From Mobula hypostoma (Eukaryota): a stretch of 64,000 nucleotides of DNA. A model generated the notes under the pieces. That model ran no database searches. It was given only the letters and a program-made list of their open reading frames with translations, and had not been told where the DNA came from. The position numbers were made by a program, and so were the translations under genes. The stretch lies in contig NC_086097.1 of the NCBI RefSeq assembly GCF_963921235.1, positions 88,414,001 through 88,478,000 on the forward strand. Reading direction: 5' to 3'. Positions within the stretch are counted from its first letter, which is position 1. Each line of letters begins with the position of its first letter. This document shows, in pieces, positions 1 to 12,879 of this stretch.

Positions 1-1597
1 TTAGAATCAACATTTAATAGAGATATTGGTCTATAAGATGCACATTGAGCAGGGTCTTTATCCTTCTTTAGTATTAAAGAAATTGACGCTCTATTAAAAG
101 ATTCAGGAAGTTTACCAAGTTTCAGAGAAGCCTCAAAAACCCTACAGAGCCAAGGGATCAATAAAGAAGCAAAACATTTATAAAATCCAACGGTAAACCC
201 ATCCGGGCCAGGAGCTTTCCCCAAATTCATAGAAAGAATAACATTCTTAATCTGATCCATAGTAATGGAAGTATCTAATATAGAAGACATATCCTGTGAA
301 ATCTGAGGGAAGTCTAAATTATCTAAAAAATCATTCATATATTTAGAATCTCGAGGAGACTCTGATTGATATAAAGAAGAATAAAAATCACAAAACGTTT
401 GATTAATCCCCACATGATCCAGTATCAATCGATCATTTTGGTTATAAATCTGATTGATTTGAGATTTAACATAATTAGATTTCAATTGATTAGCCAGCAG
501 CTTGCCAATTTTGTCACTGTGAACATAAAATTCACTTCTTGTTTTCTTTAATTGGTTTACAATCGAGGACGAGAGTAGTAAACTGTGTTCCATTTGAAGT
601 TCAGTTCTTTGTTTGTATAACTCCTCAGAAGGAGCCATAACATATTTCTTATCAATTTCTTTAATCTTGTCCACAATTACCATCTCCTCCTGCTTCTGCT
701 TCTTCCTCAAAGCAGCAGAATACGAGATAATCTGACCACGAATATAGGCTTTAAAAGTGTCCCAAAGAGTGTTAACCGAAATATCCTCTGTATGGTTAAT
801 TGTAAAAAAAAGCTCAATCTGTTCATTCATAAAGTTAACAAAGTCCGAGTCCTGAAGCAACAGCGAATTAAAACGCCATTGTCTATTATTTTGTATATTG
901 GCCATAATTTTAATAGAAAGCTTAAGTGGAGCATGATCTGAAATGGTTATAGAATCATAATCACATTTAATCACTGAAGGAATAAGACGAGAATCAATAA
1001 AAAAGTAATCAATTCTTGAATAGGAATGATGAACATGTGAAAAGAAAGAAAAATCTTTTTCCTGAGGATGCAGAAAACGCCAAATGTCCGTCGACCCAGA
1101 ATCAGAAAGGAAAGAGTTAATCAAAGTTGCAGATTTATTAGGTAAGGTCCGTAAAGGAGCCGAACGGTCCAAAGCTGGAGACAAACAGGTATTAAGATCT
1201 CCGCCCCAGATCAATGAAAACTCGTTCAAATTCGGAAACTGATTAAATAATGATTTATAAAATTCCGGACAATCCATATTAGGAGCATAAACATTAACCA
1301 AAACTACTTTTTTATTAAATAGTAAACCACTAACCAATAAAAATCTACCATTCGGATCAGAAAAAATATCCTGTTGTATAAAAGTAACTGAGGAATCTAT
1401 AAAAATAGAGACGCCTCGAATCTTAGCATTGGAGTTCGAATGAAATTGTTGTTCCTTCCAGAATTTAAAAAAACGTAGTCTGTCCCCCCTCCGTACATGG
1501 GTCTCTTGTAAAAATAAAATTTGTGCTTTAAGTCTCCGGAACACTTTAAAAACTTTTTTCCTTTTAATAGGATGATTAAGACCGTTAGTATTCCAGG
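1..1597 (-). mobile_element. L1-clade (L1/Tx1) LINE ORF2, N-terminal part (APE endonuclease to start of RT); inverted segment running off the left edge
   Basis: Minus-strand translation gives WNTNGLNHPIKRKKVF...LQETH...NVYAPN...GGDLN...SRIDY...SDHAPL (APE motifs), then MNLGKAPGPDGF and YRPISLLNVDS (RT start). The first (1593-1595) and last (3-5) codons are in the same frame. Confidence 0.92.
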
Positions 1598-3310
1598 TTC
1601 TACAACTAAGTTCAATTTTTATATGTGTTTCAGGCATTACCAATTTTTGTTCCAAAATCTTTCTTTGATAAAGTTGACTCTAAAATTTCTTCATTTATTT
1701 GGCAGAATAAAAATCCGAGACTGGGTAAAATATATTTACAGAAAGCTAAGAGAGATGGAGGTTTAGCATTACCTAACTTTAGATTCTATTATTGGGCAAT
1801 TAATATTTGACATATGAAATTTTGGTTACTTGACCAGGATATACTATTTATTCCTAAATGGGTAGCATTGGAACTACAATCTGTTCAGGGCTATACACTT
1901 GGTTCTATTTTAGGTTCCTCTCTCCCTTTTGATTCGAAACGCCTTAAGCAGGTGTCTAACCCGATAGTTAAATATGCTTTGCGTATTTGGTTTCAATTCA
2001 GAAAATTTTTTGATCTTAATCAATTCGGGTTAGCGATTCCTATTTTAGGTAACATATTTTTTCCTCCCTCTTTTACGGATCGCAATTTTCAAATTTGGAA
2101 GACTAAGGGTATTTTACGGTTTTTGGATTTATTTTTAGATGGTTCCCTTATGTCTTTTGAACAATTATCTAATAAATATAACTTATCAAGAATACATTTT
2201 TTTAGATATTTACAAGTTAGAAATTTCCTAAGTACTATACTTTCTTCCTTTCCAATGCTTCCTCCTACATATATTTTAGATTCGATAATTAACCTTAATC
2301 CATGTCAGAAAGGTGCATCGGCTATGATTTATAATATTATTATGAAACTTAGGAAAGCTCCATTCGATAAGATTAGGGTAGATTGGGAACAGGAATTGGG
2401 GCTTACCATTTCTGTGGATGATTGGGGGCAGATTTTACAATTAGTTAATACTTCCTCTATTTGTGCTAAACATTCCCTAATTCAATTTAAAGTTGTTCAT
2501 AGAGCACATATGTCCAAAGATAAGTTAGCGCGTTTTTACTTGCATATTAATCCTTTTTGTGATAGATGTTCGGGGCAGATAGCCTCTTTAACTCATATGT
2601 TTTGGTCTTGCCCTACTTTGGAAACTTTTTGGAGAGACATTTTTAATATTATTTCTAAGGTATTAAATATAGATATCTCTCCTCACCCTATTACTGCTAT
2701 CTTTGGACTACCTAAAATTTTTAGTAATCTTTCCCCTTCAGCCCGTAGAATGATTGCATTTCTTACTTTAATGGCGAAAAGATGTATTTTACAACATTGG
2801 AAAGAGCTTAATGCTCCAACTACCTTTTTTTGGTTTTCTCAGACGATATTATGTTTGAATCTGGAGAAAATTAGAAGTAACCTTTATGATTCTTCATTTA
2901 AATTTGAACAGATTTGGGGATCTTTTATTCGATATTTTCATTTAATGTAATATATACCCTTGTTGTTTTTTTTCACTGTTTTTAATGGAGGTCGGGATTG
3001 AGGACGTGATTTTAAGTTTAACTCTGTTTGGTTTCAAGTTAGCCCATTGCTTTGCTTTGCTTTTAGTTAGTTGCACGGTGGGTTTTTTTTTGGTTTTTTT
3101 TTTCTTTTTTTCTATTGATATATATAAAATTTAGTATACTATTATGTTATCTTGGTTTCTTATGTTTAAATTACATTGTTTGTAGTATTTTTTTTGGTAT
3201 TGATACCTTCTGTAATTTTATTATATTTTAACATTGTATTAATGTTTATATGGCTTACCTTTTTGTATACTTATTCAATAAAAAGATTTAAAAAGAAAGA
3301 AAGAAAGAAA
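1598..3310 (+). mobile_element. L1-clade LINE 3' part: ORF2 C-terminus with CCHC knuckle, T-rich 3' UTR, AATAAA and (GAAA)n tail
   Basis: ORFs 1625-1810 (FQALP...GGLALPNFRFYYWA) and 1814-2950 (CDRC...HMFWSC) share a frame and are split by one TGA at 1808-1810. The element ends aataaaaagatttaaaaagaaagaaagaaagaaa. Confidence 0.92.
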
Positions 3311-3629
3311 CTTTTTTTTCTGCTTTTCCCATTTTCAACACACCATGCACCGCAAAGTCAGAAAGCCAGGATATTGTCAAATTCCTTAAAGCTGCTCTGA
3401 TAACATAATATGACCGTAAGATACCTCTCTTTGGCCTCTTCAAATCAGACAGTATTGATCCAAGCCAAATATCTGCTGAGAACCCAAGTCACTGATCACT
3501 TAAGATTTATAATTGAAAGTAGTTTTCTCCCTTGCGGCTCTCTGATAGATTGTATAAAATACCAAAGTTCTGAGTGACTGCCAAGTGACAAAGTTTCTAC
3601 TTCTTCAGTCCCAGATGAGCCCATCTCTG

Positions 3630-3760
3630 GTGCTTCCTGATACAGAGTCTTGACCTGAAATATTGATCGTCTCTTAGCTTCCACAGATTGTGCTTGTCCC
3701 AGTAAGTTCTTCTGCAGTTCGTTTATTTATTGCTCATGTTCTAGTATCTTCAGTTGCTTG
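3630..3760 (+). mobile_element. Degenerate Penelope pLTR fragment
   Basis: cctgatacagagtcttgacctgaaa...ttccacagattgtgc resembles the better-preserved copies at 45811 and 58523. Confidence 0.45.
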
Positions 3761-5294
3761 TTTTCTTTTCCTCTGATGTTTCCTCATCTGCTATAGAGGC
3801 AGGTAATATGTTAACACTTATATCACCCTCTCTGTTGAAAAAGGATTGAATAAATGTTAATGGACAGTAAGGAATAAATAGGTGTGAGTTCGCTCATCTT
3901 TATGGCCACTTCTTTTTCATTCTTTGCTTATTTTTATTCCCAAATCACTGAAAACTTTTGTCTGGTGCTGATGGGAGTGATCACTGGGAAATAGTTCCGT
4001 GCTCCTTTCTACAACAGCCCTACACCAAGTTAGAGTCAGTTTACAAAGTGACCAACTATGATAATTGGGGCTCAATCAATCTTCACACTTGCATCTGTAG
4101 CATCTATTGCTAGAAGTGATATTCAGTTTCTAAAACATGGAAAAGCAGAAAGCTGTTTCAGGAAAAATTAAAGCAAGCCGGCAAAACTGAAGCCTGTTCT
4201 CAGCCAGCACAGGAGCTTGGAATGTATGCCTCCAGGATCACTGTTTATATTCACTATCATTTGCATAAAGCTCCATGCTGAATCTTTCTCAGAAGAGCCT
4301 TGATGGACTCTGCTGCCACTGTATGTTGTGAGAAAAATGAAGAAGAAATTGAGTTTAGTTTTAATTTAAGGATTTTATTTATTCTGTATTAGGGGCATTA
4401 ATTCACTAAGCAAAGTTATTTCCAGCCAATGGAAAGCTGATTTAACTTGTCTGTTACAGGTGAATTTAATTTGGATGGCTGATCCTTTCATATAGGAGAT
4501 ACAGATGCAGTCATGCTGCATCCCACATTGGAGACCTGCATTTTAAAATCAAATGATTAAACTCCTTTAACCCTTTAGTGATACTTGCTTGAAGCAACTT
4601 TCCAAGGGATGATTCTAGTTAGGGAAGGCTAGTATTATCGTGGCACAGCTTTGATAGTGCAACTTAATATGACAACCATTTCAAACTATAACAGCCATAG
4701 AAATAACAAAATTGTCACAGTAGCTGACATTTTTAAAGGGTGTGTTTAATCTGAGTTATTTAAACTTTTGTCCTGCATTTTACCTACACTTGTAATTATA
4801 CTTGCTAATCTAACAACAGTTAGTTCTGTAATTCAACCTTCAAAGAATAATTACTGGTTTATAAACTCAGTCTGCAGATATAAGAATGGTTTGCACAATT
4901 TATTTCAGCAATATGTATTTCCCTTCCAACATCTCTATAAAAGTAAAAGGAAGCACAATTTTCAAATATAACTTTTCTCTTTTTTTAATTGAGGCTTAAA
5001 ATAACTTTTTTTATATATGTTGCTGACTCTGGTCTGCTCTACTGTTACCAGTAGAGTCAGAAGTAGTGTAGCACCTCAGAAAAAAGACAAAGTATTGAAT
5101 TTTCAGGAACTGGTTGAGAATTAATTGCAAGGGGTGCAAAATGATTAGACAAATTCAGCGTGATTAGACATAACTCAACATTTCTCAGCAGATCTGCTTG
5201 GGCCATATTAAGTACAAGTGGACTTAAGTACAAAAATAATTTGTAAACTCCTATCCAGTCTCCCCAACCTCAGTTTTAAGTGTGAAGAGCTCAT

Positions 5295-5480
5295 GGGCTT
5301 ACTTGATACTTTATAATTTATGACCGTTAAATTGACAGAGTGGCTGTGGAGAAGATGTTTCCTGCAGCAGAAGGCCCTTGAGTTAGAGGTCACTGTTTAA
5401 AAATACGGCCTTATCCATTTATGGCAGAGGGTGGTGAATCTTTGGTAACCTTCTTATTCTCCTCAAGGAGTGGTGGAGTA
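5295..5480 (+). mobile_element. Old CR1 3' fragment
   Basis: gagaagatgtttcctg...cagagggtggtgaatctttgg matches the CR1 3' region seen elsewhere in the window. Confidence 0.5.
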
Positions 5481-5679
5481 ACTGCCTATTTTTTCATAAG
5501 CCAAATATTTCCTCAAAGCTTTACTTTTCAAACTCAGATTCTCCAACCCAGTGACTGAGTCTATTCTCCTTAGAAAAGACTTGAAATTGAACCCATGTTT
5601 TCCTGACTGATGTGTAAAGTGTCACCTTAAATTGAATTTGTAGATATACAGAATATTTAAGACGTTACTAAGACCATTT

Positions 5680-6200
5680 ATTTCCACCTCTGTAACATTG
5701 TCCTGCTCTGTCCTGCCTCAGCTCATTTTCTAGTTCTGAAACCTGCATCCTTGCCTGCTGCCTCTAGCTTGGCAATGCCAACTATTCTTTATTTCTGGAT
5801 GGATTCCTAGTTGCTTGTGTCTCTAGCCATGCCATATTATTTTTTTCCCTTAGCCCTGAGCATGGTAACCTACTTAGTCCTCAGGTCAAGCAGTATCTCA
5901 TTAAAAAGTTTATCTTTCATTGTTTCAAATCACTTCTGCTGTCTCCTCTCCACTCTGTTATTCCCTAACAAAGTATCACTTGCCGTGTGTTCCTCCCCAA
6001 ATTCAATTTCTTTATTATTTACAAGTGCATCTTCACTTGCCAATATCCAACTTTCCCCAACCTCTTCTTCCTAAACCTCTTTCTTTAAGATAAATGTAAT
6101 AACCCATCTCTTTGGTCGACCCTTTGCTCGTTTGCCTTAATGTCTTTTGTAACTTGATGTCCAATTTTATTTGATAATGCATCTGTGAAATGCCTTTAGG
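5680..6200 (+). mobile_element. Old L2-like LINE 3' fragment
   Basis: Degenerate L2-type 3' sequence (gaaacctgcatccttgcc...aacccatctcttt...ctgtgaaatgcctt); recognised by eye only. Confidence 0.4.
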
Positions 6201-6208
6201 AGCTCTGC

Positions 6209-8240
6209 TGCCATAATGTATGGATCTATTTCTTTTTGAACAATGACTCCGCTCCCAGAACTACGTATTGATCTGTGGTCTACGTATGCGCATTGTTCCC
6301 CCTCTTTCACTGCAATGTGAATAGACCAATTAAAGCCATCTCCAGCATGCATGCTTTTAACTAATATATATGTAGTTGTGCACAGGCACAACAAATTGGT
6401 GACGAGTACGAACCTGAATGTCAGAAAATATCACGAACTGCACCAACAGTTACGGTTCGAAACAGCGACAGTTAAACAGCACAAGAAAACTGTGGGACCC
6501 GTGAGTAGCGGTGAAAGATGTGCTGAATTTAGAGTGAAATTAACACGGCGATGGCTTCAGTCAGGAAAGTTGACTAATTCAATGGTGCTATTGAAGGCTT
6601 GGAGCCGTATATTGAGGGTTGAACTGTATTGTAAGGCGAACAACATGGAGGAACAAAAGAAAGCCCCTGCACTTCTTAGCTTAATGGAAGCAAGGAGGTA
6701 CAGTCTCTTCCAAAACCTAGTAACCGCTGAAAAGTGAGCAAGCAAGACATTCGACAACATTGTTACAATTTTATAAAATCACTTGAGCCCTAAACCACTG
6801 GTACTAGCTGAGAGATTTTGATTATTCAAAAGGAATCAGTCAAAAGCTGAAAGCATTTCTGAATACATTGTAAGACTGCAGGAACTTTCCCAGTACTGTG
6901 ACTTTAGAGATGGACTTTCTGATGCATTAAGGGGCAGGCTGTATGTGGGATGTATAGTCAAACCACTCAAAAGAGACTACTGTCCAAAAGATACTTAATT
7001 TTAGAATAGGCATTGACCATTGCAATATTGTTAGAGACTGTTGCAAAGGATACAGCAGAACTACAGAAAAGTAAGTTAGAATGTGAAGTGTACAAAATGT
7101 CCCTGAATGGTGCAAAAAGGCAAAGATATTATCGATGTGGCAAATCCTCCCATGATGCAAATGATTGTTTGTTCAAAGAAAAAGTCTGCAGAAAGTGTCA
7201 CAGACAAGGCCACATAGAGAGAATGTGCAAGGCAGACAGAAAGCAAAACCAAGTGAAAAGTCTTAAGCAAAAAACTAAGCAAGTTGCCAGATGTAAAACA
7301 GAATCAGACGACAAAGATAAACTGTCATGCCTGGAACTGCATAGTATAACTGAAGCAGATCACAAAATCAACTAGATCACAATAGATATGTTCAGTGTAA
7401 AACTGAAAATAGAGCTGAATACAGGGTCAGCTTTGTCCATAATTCCAGAGGCTGACTACAGCAGACTGTTTTCTACGATACCATTAGAGAAGACCTCTGT
7501 GATGCTAAAGACTTACACAGGCAAAAAAGTGTCACCCAAAGGCAAACTGAAAGTAAATGTGACATATGCAGGCTAAACACAACAGTTAGAGCTTCATGTA
7601 TTGAAAAGTGGGGGCCAGCACTTTTTGGACGTGAATGGCTGAGAAAAATCTAACTGGACTGGCACTCAATCAAAGCTCCCAGTGTGGCATCAACTCCAGC
7701 CAAATGGTAGCACTAACCAAAGACTGGCACAGCTGCTTAATGCTAATGAGAAGGGGATTGGTAAACTCAAAGGCATGAAGGCCAGAACTGAACAGGATGA
7801 AGCAGCAACACAAGGATTCCATAAAGCTCGTCCAGTGCCTTATGCACTACATCCTAAAGTGGATGCTGAACTGCAGAGCTTGGAGGCATCTGCAATTCTC
7901 TCCAAGGCTGAGTGGAGTGATTGGGCCACGCGCATTGTCCCGGTGATGAAGGAAAGGAAGACTGGAGCCATTTGCATATGTGGGGATTTCAAAGTGAGCA
8001 TCGATCCGGTGCTGCAGACTATGCAGTAACTCCTGCCATGAATAGAAGACACTTTTGCATCTTTGGCAAGCAGGAAAAGGTTTTCAAACATTGACTTGTC
8101 ACAAGCTTATCTGCAAATTGAGATTGAGGAGTCAAGCAGGAAGTTCCTCACAATCAACTCTCACAAGGGATTGTTCCAATATAATTGTCTTGTTTTTTGT
8201 ATCGCATCAGCTCCAGCAATTTAGCTAAGAGTAATGGACC
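6209..8240 (+). mobile_element. Gypsy (Ty3) LTR retrotransposon: putative 5' LTR, PBS, gag, protease and partial RT; degraded and 3'-truncated
   Basis: Putative short LTR about 6209-6393 (TG...CA), then PBS-like TGGTGACGAG at 6397-6406. Gag-like ELYCKANN; two zinc knuckles (RCGKSSHDANDC, CRKCHRQGHIERMC); protease ELNTGSALSII; RT KARPVPYAL, WATRIVPV, ICGDFKV. Many stops and frameshifts. Confidence 0.88.
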
Positions 8241-8378
8241 TTTGGACTGTGGGCGGAAACCAGAGCACCCAGAAGAAACCCACACAATCACGGGGAGAAT
8301 GTAGGCAGCAGTGGGAATTTAAACTGGGTTACTGATACTGTGAAACATTGTGTGGACCATAATGCTACTGTGCCACCC
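8240..8378 (-). mobile_element. tRNA-derived V-SINE (HE1-like), head and core only
   Basis: Reverse complement gives a ggtggcacagtagc tRNA-like head and the V-domain tgggtttcttctgggtgctctggtttcc. Confidence 0.75.
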
Positions 8379-9079
8379 ACTTGGGTCCAGAAGAATTGAT
8401 TTTATTTTCCATTGAATAGCAAATGCTTGCCTTGAATTTCAACACCATTTAGTAATTCTGACATGTCCATAATACTTATCCTCATGAATTCACTTGGCCT
8501 GCCACGTTACCTCCAAGGTTGGACTCCCTCAGCAATCAATGGGAGGTTGTTTACATGTCATCTTTCATTCCTATGAAGCTGTCAGATCCCCCTGCCAATT
8601 CCTACTGATTTCATAGTTCATGTGCAAAAGAAAGTCTATCCATTTCTTCCAGTACCATCCATCCATTGTAGATAAGGGCATTTCTGCCAAGATTTTCAGA
8701 TATGATGGGAAGTATGAAAGGAAAGAAGTGAGAGAAAAGAGTCTGAAGGAGCAAAGCAGAAGGAAAGGGATATAGAGGAGGGAGTGAAAACCTCCCAATA
8801 TTGTGCTAGACAGTGAAGCTGTGGAAAAAGGCAGAGAGAGTAAAAGGAATGCTTCTGCATTGCCTCCAGTACCCTCAGCTGTTTGGCTGGGAGCTTGGAT
8901 CTTCCAGCTGGCTCTTTGGTGTCAAGGACTGTAATGCATTTGCTTACAAGTCTTCATGCATGGAGATGGTTCATCCAAATATTATTAATGACAGTACTCC
9001 CACCTGCCCTTGCCTCCATCATGGTTGGGAAGATTTGGTTTCAACCCCACTCCAGAAATTTGAGCACAAAAGTCTAAAT

Positions 9080-9128
9080 TAGGGGTTCCCAACCTTTTAT
9101 TAAATGCCTTAGACCCCTACCATTAACT
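9080..9128 (+). mobile_element. Small hAT-like MITE fragment
   Basis: aggggttcccaacc terminus. Related pieces lie at 40772-40816 and 46210-46273. Confidence 0.5.
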
Positions 9129-9338
9129 GATGAGTACTTATGCAATCAATTATTTTGTGTTTTTTATTTCTAATTAATTTCGATCACTTTGTAGAGATCT
9201 GTTTTCACTTCAACACGAAAGTGTTTTTCTGTTGATCAGTGACAAAAATTCCAAATTAAGTCCACCTTGATTCAATGTTGTAAAACACTAAAACGTGAAA
9301 ACTTCCAAGGAGAGTGAATACTTTTTACAGGCACAATA
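9129..9338 (+). mobile_element. Tc1-like DNA transposon, one IR/DR end
   Basis: About 200 bp bounded by two DR-like motifs (tgagtacttatgcaa and gtgaatactttttacaggcac), as in fish and amphibian Tc1 inverted repeats. Confidence 0.65.
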
Positions 9339-9349
9339 TGTTATTTATA

Positions 9350-9668
9350 GAACATGCTGCAGCTCTGGAGGTTGTATAACCAGCATATGGGATACCCAGG
9401 GCAGGCATACCCTGGACTCACTTTCAAGGACTCTTCATCTCGTGTCCTCGATATTTATGGCTTGCTTATATATTTATTATTATTATTCCTATTTTTCTTT
9501 CTTTTTTTATTTGCACAGTTTAGTCTTTTGCATAGTGGCTCGTATAGTCTTTCATTGATGCTATTATAGTTATTGGATTTATTGAATATACCTGCAAGAA
9601 AATGTATCTGAGGATTGTATATAGTGACATACATACTTCAATAATAAATTTACTTTGAACTTTGAACT
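9350..9668 (+). mobile_element. Rex1/Babar-type LINE 3' UTR
   Basis: Ends aataaatttactttgaactttgaac, the same tail as the coding copy at 47255-48340. Confidence 0.7.
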
Positions 9669-9949
9669 TCATCAAAAGCTGTGATGTCTTAAAAGATACT
9701 GAAGGGATAATCTTGAAGTTAAAAAAGTTGTTCATTGTCAACAGATGCCTCAAATACAAACCAATATTTACGAAAGCTTCAAACCATTATCTCATGACCC
9801 ACCTCTAAACCAATAAGCTGAACTGTCCATTTCTCTCCACAGAACCTGACAGACCTGCTGAGTTGTTCCAGCATATTGTTTTTGTTTTGCTCCAGATTCC
9901 AGCATCTACAGCCCCTTATGTTTCCAGATTTAGGCAATTATCTAAGTCA

Positions 9950-10230
9950 CCATGCCTCAAAACACGTGTAGTGTGAGGTGCCATGATTAAAAGTGAAGCT
10001 AATGGGCATCAACCAGAGGATGTTCCAATGGCTGGAGTTATCTGCAGCCCCAGCACATTACAGCTGCTTCATCTTTCCATCATGAGGCCATAAGGTGGGA
10101 TGTTTGCTGATGACTGTGTAAAATTCTGTTCCACTTGCAATTCCTCTGTGAATGAAACACTCCAACCTGCACTAAGCTAAATCTTGGCAATAATCAAATG
10201 TAGGTGGATAAGTGGCAAGTTGTGTTTTGC
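9950..10230 (+). mobile_element. Ancient CR1-type RT fragment
   Basis: gggatgtttgctgatgactgt encodes GMFADDC; gataagtggcaagt follows downstream. Confidence 0.5.
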
Positions 10231-11224
10231 TGTGTAGGATTGCGACCTGATCTAAGCTAAGTATTAAACCTCAGAAACCATTATGTCCCAGAGTTTCTAC
10301 AGGCACAGAAGTACGTATTGGTATATGTAAAATGCACAGCTTATATTCAAAAATCTATGTTGGCTAATAAATAATGGATCCATGTCTTCACTACCTTGTA
10401 GACTGAAGGATAAAGTGGAATGTTGAACACATCAGTATTTCAACCGTATTCTAATTTGGTAAGACAGTTTATGTAAAGTAAGCTATTTAATTATTTAATC
10501 TAGGCCCATTAAAATGTTATAGTTGTAGAGAATGAGTGAGCATCCAACAGGAAAGATGCAATTCTAATATATGAACAAATTATCTAAATAAGGATGTGTG
10601 GAGATTATTCCTGCATTTTTGTGAGTCTGCACTTATGCAATGATTCCTAATGTAACTCGCATTCTGAGGTGTAGTAATCAGTTTGCAAGTCTATCACTAA
10701 CATTTTAAGAACTGGTGAGGTTTGCCTTTAATTAACCAGTGTTAGGATTAACAGAACTCCATGAAAATATTGTCATTTAAGAGGAATTGTTATTACCTTA
10801 GATAGGACAGGCAGTTTGGTAGTTGCAGAGACCTCATTTTTGCAGTGTATATAGCTTGTTTAGAAGCAAACTTACATAATTGGATCATTGTTTTGTGAAA
10901 CCCCACTTCCACGACACTGTCCCCTCTTTAGAGCAGTAACGAACACAGTGTACCCACATCTGTGTAAGTTGTAGAGGTGATTTTTTTTTAAAAATCCTGC
11001 CTTTTGATTATTAACAAATTCAGGAAAACTGCTCTCTATCCAGCTTGTGGTTTTGAATGTGGAACTCGCTTCAATTTTGTGTGAGCTGAGGAGTGAAAAT
11101 GCATATAGGAGGAGCTAGATGAGGAAGAAAGGAACAGTGGAAGCTCATACAGAGGATCAGCAGAGACATTGACTCGAATGTCCTCCATCGCTGCTGAGAA
11201 AATCCATGCGTATGGCTGCCGTGA

Positions 11225-11372
11225 CAGCATTGTGGTTGCCATGACAATATTTCAGCTCTGGGCGTTCCATATTTGGAGTTCAATTCTGGTGCCATTCCAT
11301 AGGGTGTCTTTGTACATCCTCCCCATGGAATGCATAGGTTTTCTCCGGGTCTTACAGTTTCCTACCACTGTC
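11225..11372 (+). mobile_element. V-SINE fragment
   Basis: B-box-like ggagttcaattctg and a V-domain-like core. Confidence 0.6.
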
Positions 11373-11374
11373 CA

Positions 11375-12325
11375 GTCGTGGGAGAATGCCACGGCAACCG
11401 GGTCATAGGCACTGAGCATGGGTCCCTGGTGCAGAAGGGAAAGAGAGAGAAGGGAGCGGTAGTGATAGGGGACTCAATAGTGAGGGAAACAAACAGGACG
11501 TGAACGGGACACCCGGATAGTATGCTGCCTCCCAGGTGCCAGGGTCAGGGACGTCTCAGATCGCGCCCACAGCATTTTGGAGAGAGAGGGAGAGTAGCCA
11601 AATGTCTTGGTACATATTGCTACCAATGACATAGGAATGAAAAGCAAAGATGCTCTGAAGAGAGATTTCAGACAGCTAGGTAGAAAGCAGAGAAGCAGGA
11701 CCTCCGGGGTAGTAATTTCTGGATTGCTGCCTGTGCCACATGCCAGTGAGGGTAAAAACAGAATGATTTGGCAGATAAATGTGTGGCTGAGAAGCTGGTG
11801 CAAAGAGCACTGTTTCAGGTTCTTGGATCATTGGGATCTCTTCCGGGGGAGGTATGACCTGTTCAAAGGTGACGGGTTGCACCTGAACCCGAGGGGGACC
11901 AATATTCGCGTGGGCAGGTTTGTCAGAGCTGCTGGGGAAGGTTTAAACTAATTTGGCAGGAGGGTGAGAACTGGAGTGAAAGGACTCAGGATAGGACAGA
12001 TGGTAAAAAAGTAAAGACTGTGTGCAGTCAGACTGTCAGGAAGGGCAGGCAGATGATGGGACTTAGTTGTAGCTGAGTAGCAAAACATTAGGGATGCAGA
12101 ATCAGAAAGGATGGCAAATATGGTATTCAAGGTGTTGTATCTAAATGTGTGTAATATAAGAAATAAGGTGGATGATTTTGTTGCACTATTACAGATTGCC
12201 AGGTATGTTGCTGTGGCCATCACTGAATCGTGTCTGAAGGATGGTTGTAGTTGGGAGCTGAATGTCCAATGTTATACATTGTATCGGAGGGATAGGAAGG
12301 TAGACAGAGGGGGAGGCGTGACTCC
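11375..12325 (+). mobile_element. CR1 LINE fragment: ORF1 SGNH-esterase domain and start of ORF2 APE
   Basis: VVIGDS, CLPGARVRDV, VHIATND, VVISGLLPVP, DGLHLNPRG; then VLYLNVCNIRNK...AVAITES...LYRRDR...RGGGV. Confidence 0.88.
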
Positions 12326-12879
12326 ACTTCTATCGAGAGAGAGAGAACGCGAGCGAGAGAGTGATCACCCGAGTGCAGAGGCCTCTGACGGCTGCTCCGG
12401 CTGTCTTGACATTCCAATTTCTCAGGACATTCTAGTTGGCGACATGAGTGAGGAATCGAGTCTACAGGGGCTGCGCAAGGCCACAGCGTGAAGGTGCACG
12501 TCTTTCTGGCAATATTGAAAATGGCCAGTCAGCAAGCTCTGGAAATGGGAACCCACTGCCATGAAGTACTGTGATTTGAGTACAGCTGCTGATCACGGAC
12601 TCCGTCAGAACCCCAGCCACCTTGAAAAGGGAAAAAAAATTAAAGTGAGGGAATTTAAGCTGTTTCACAGATGAACTCAAAGAAATTGCCCTGTGGCACT
12701 ATCTTAGCTCCTTCTCCTTTTTCTCTTTCTCTGGTTGTCTGCATTAATTTATCAACACTCAGCTTTGTAAAGAGTGAAATCACCCAGGCAACTTTGGCTA
12801 TCCTATCAGAGAGATTTCCTTTGCCCTCTCCTCCCTCCTGCACAATCTCTGCAATAAGTAGCTAAGTTTTCTGCTTTTC

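Noticed and set aside
1814..2950. 378-aa ORF as a host gene
   Set aside because: It is the C-terminus of L1 ORF2, preceded by an in-frame stop and followed by a retroelement tail.
11474..11803. Antisense ORFs over CR1 and Rex1 copies (also 28126-28644 and 42082-42455)
   Set aside because: They are shadow frames of transposon coding sequence.
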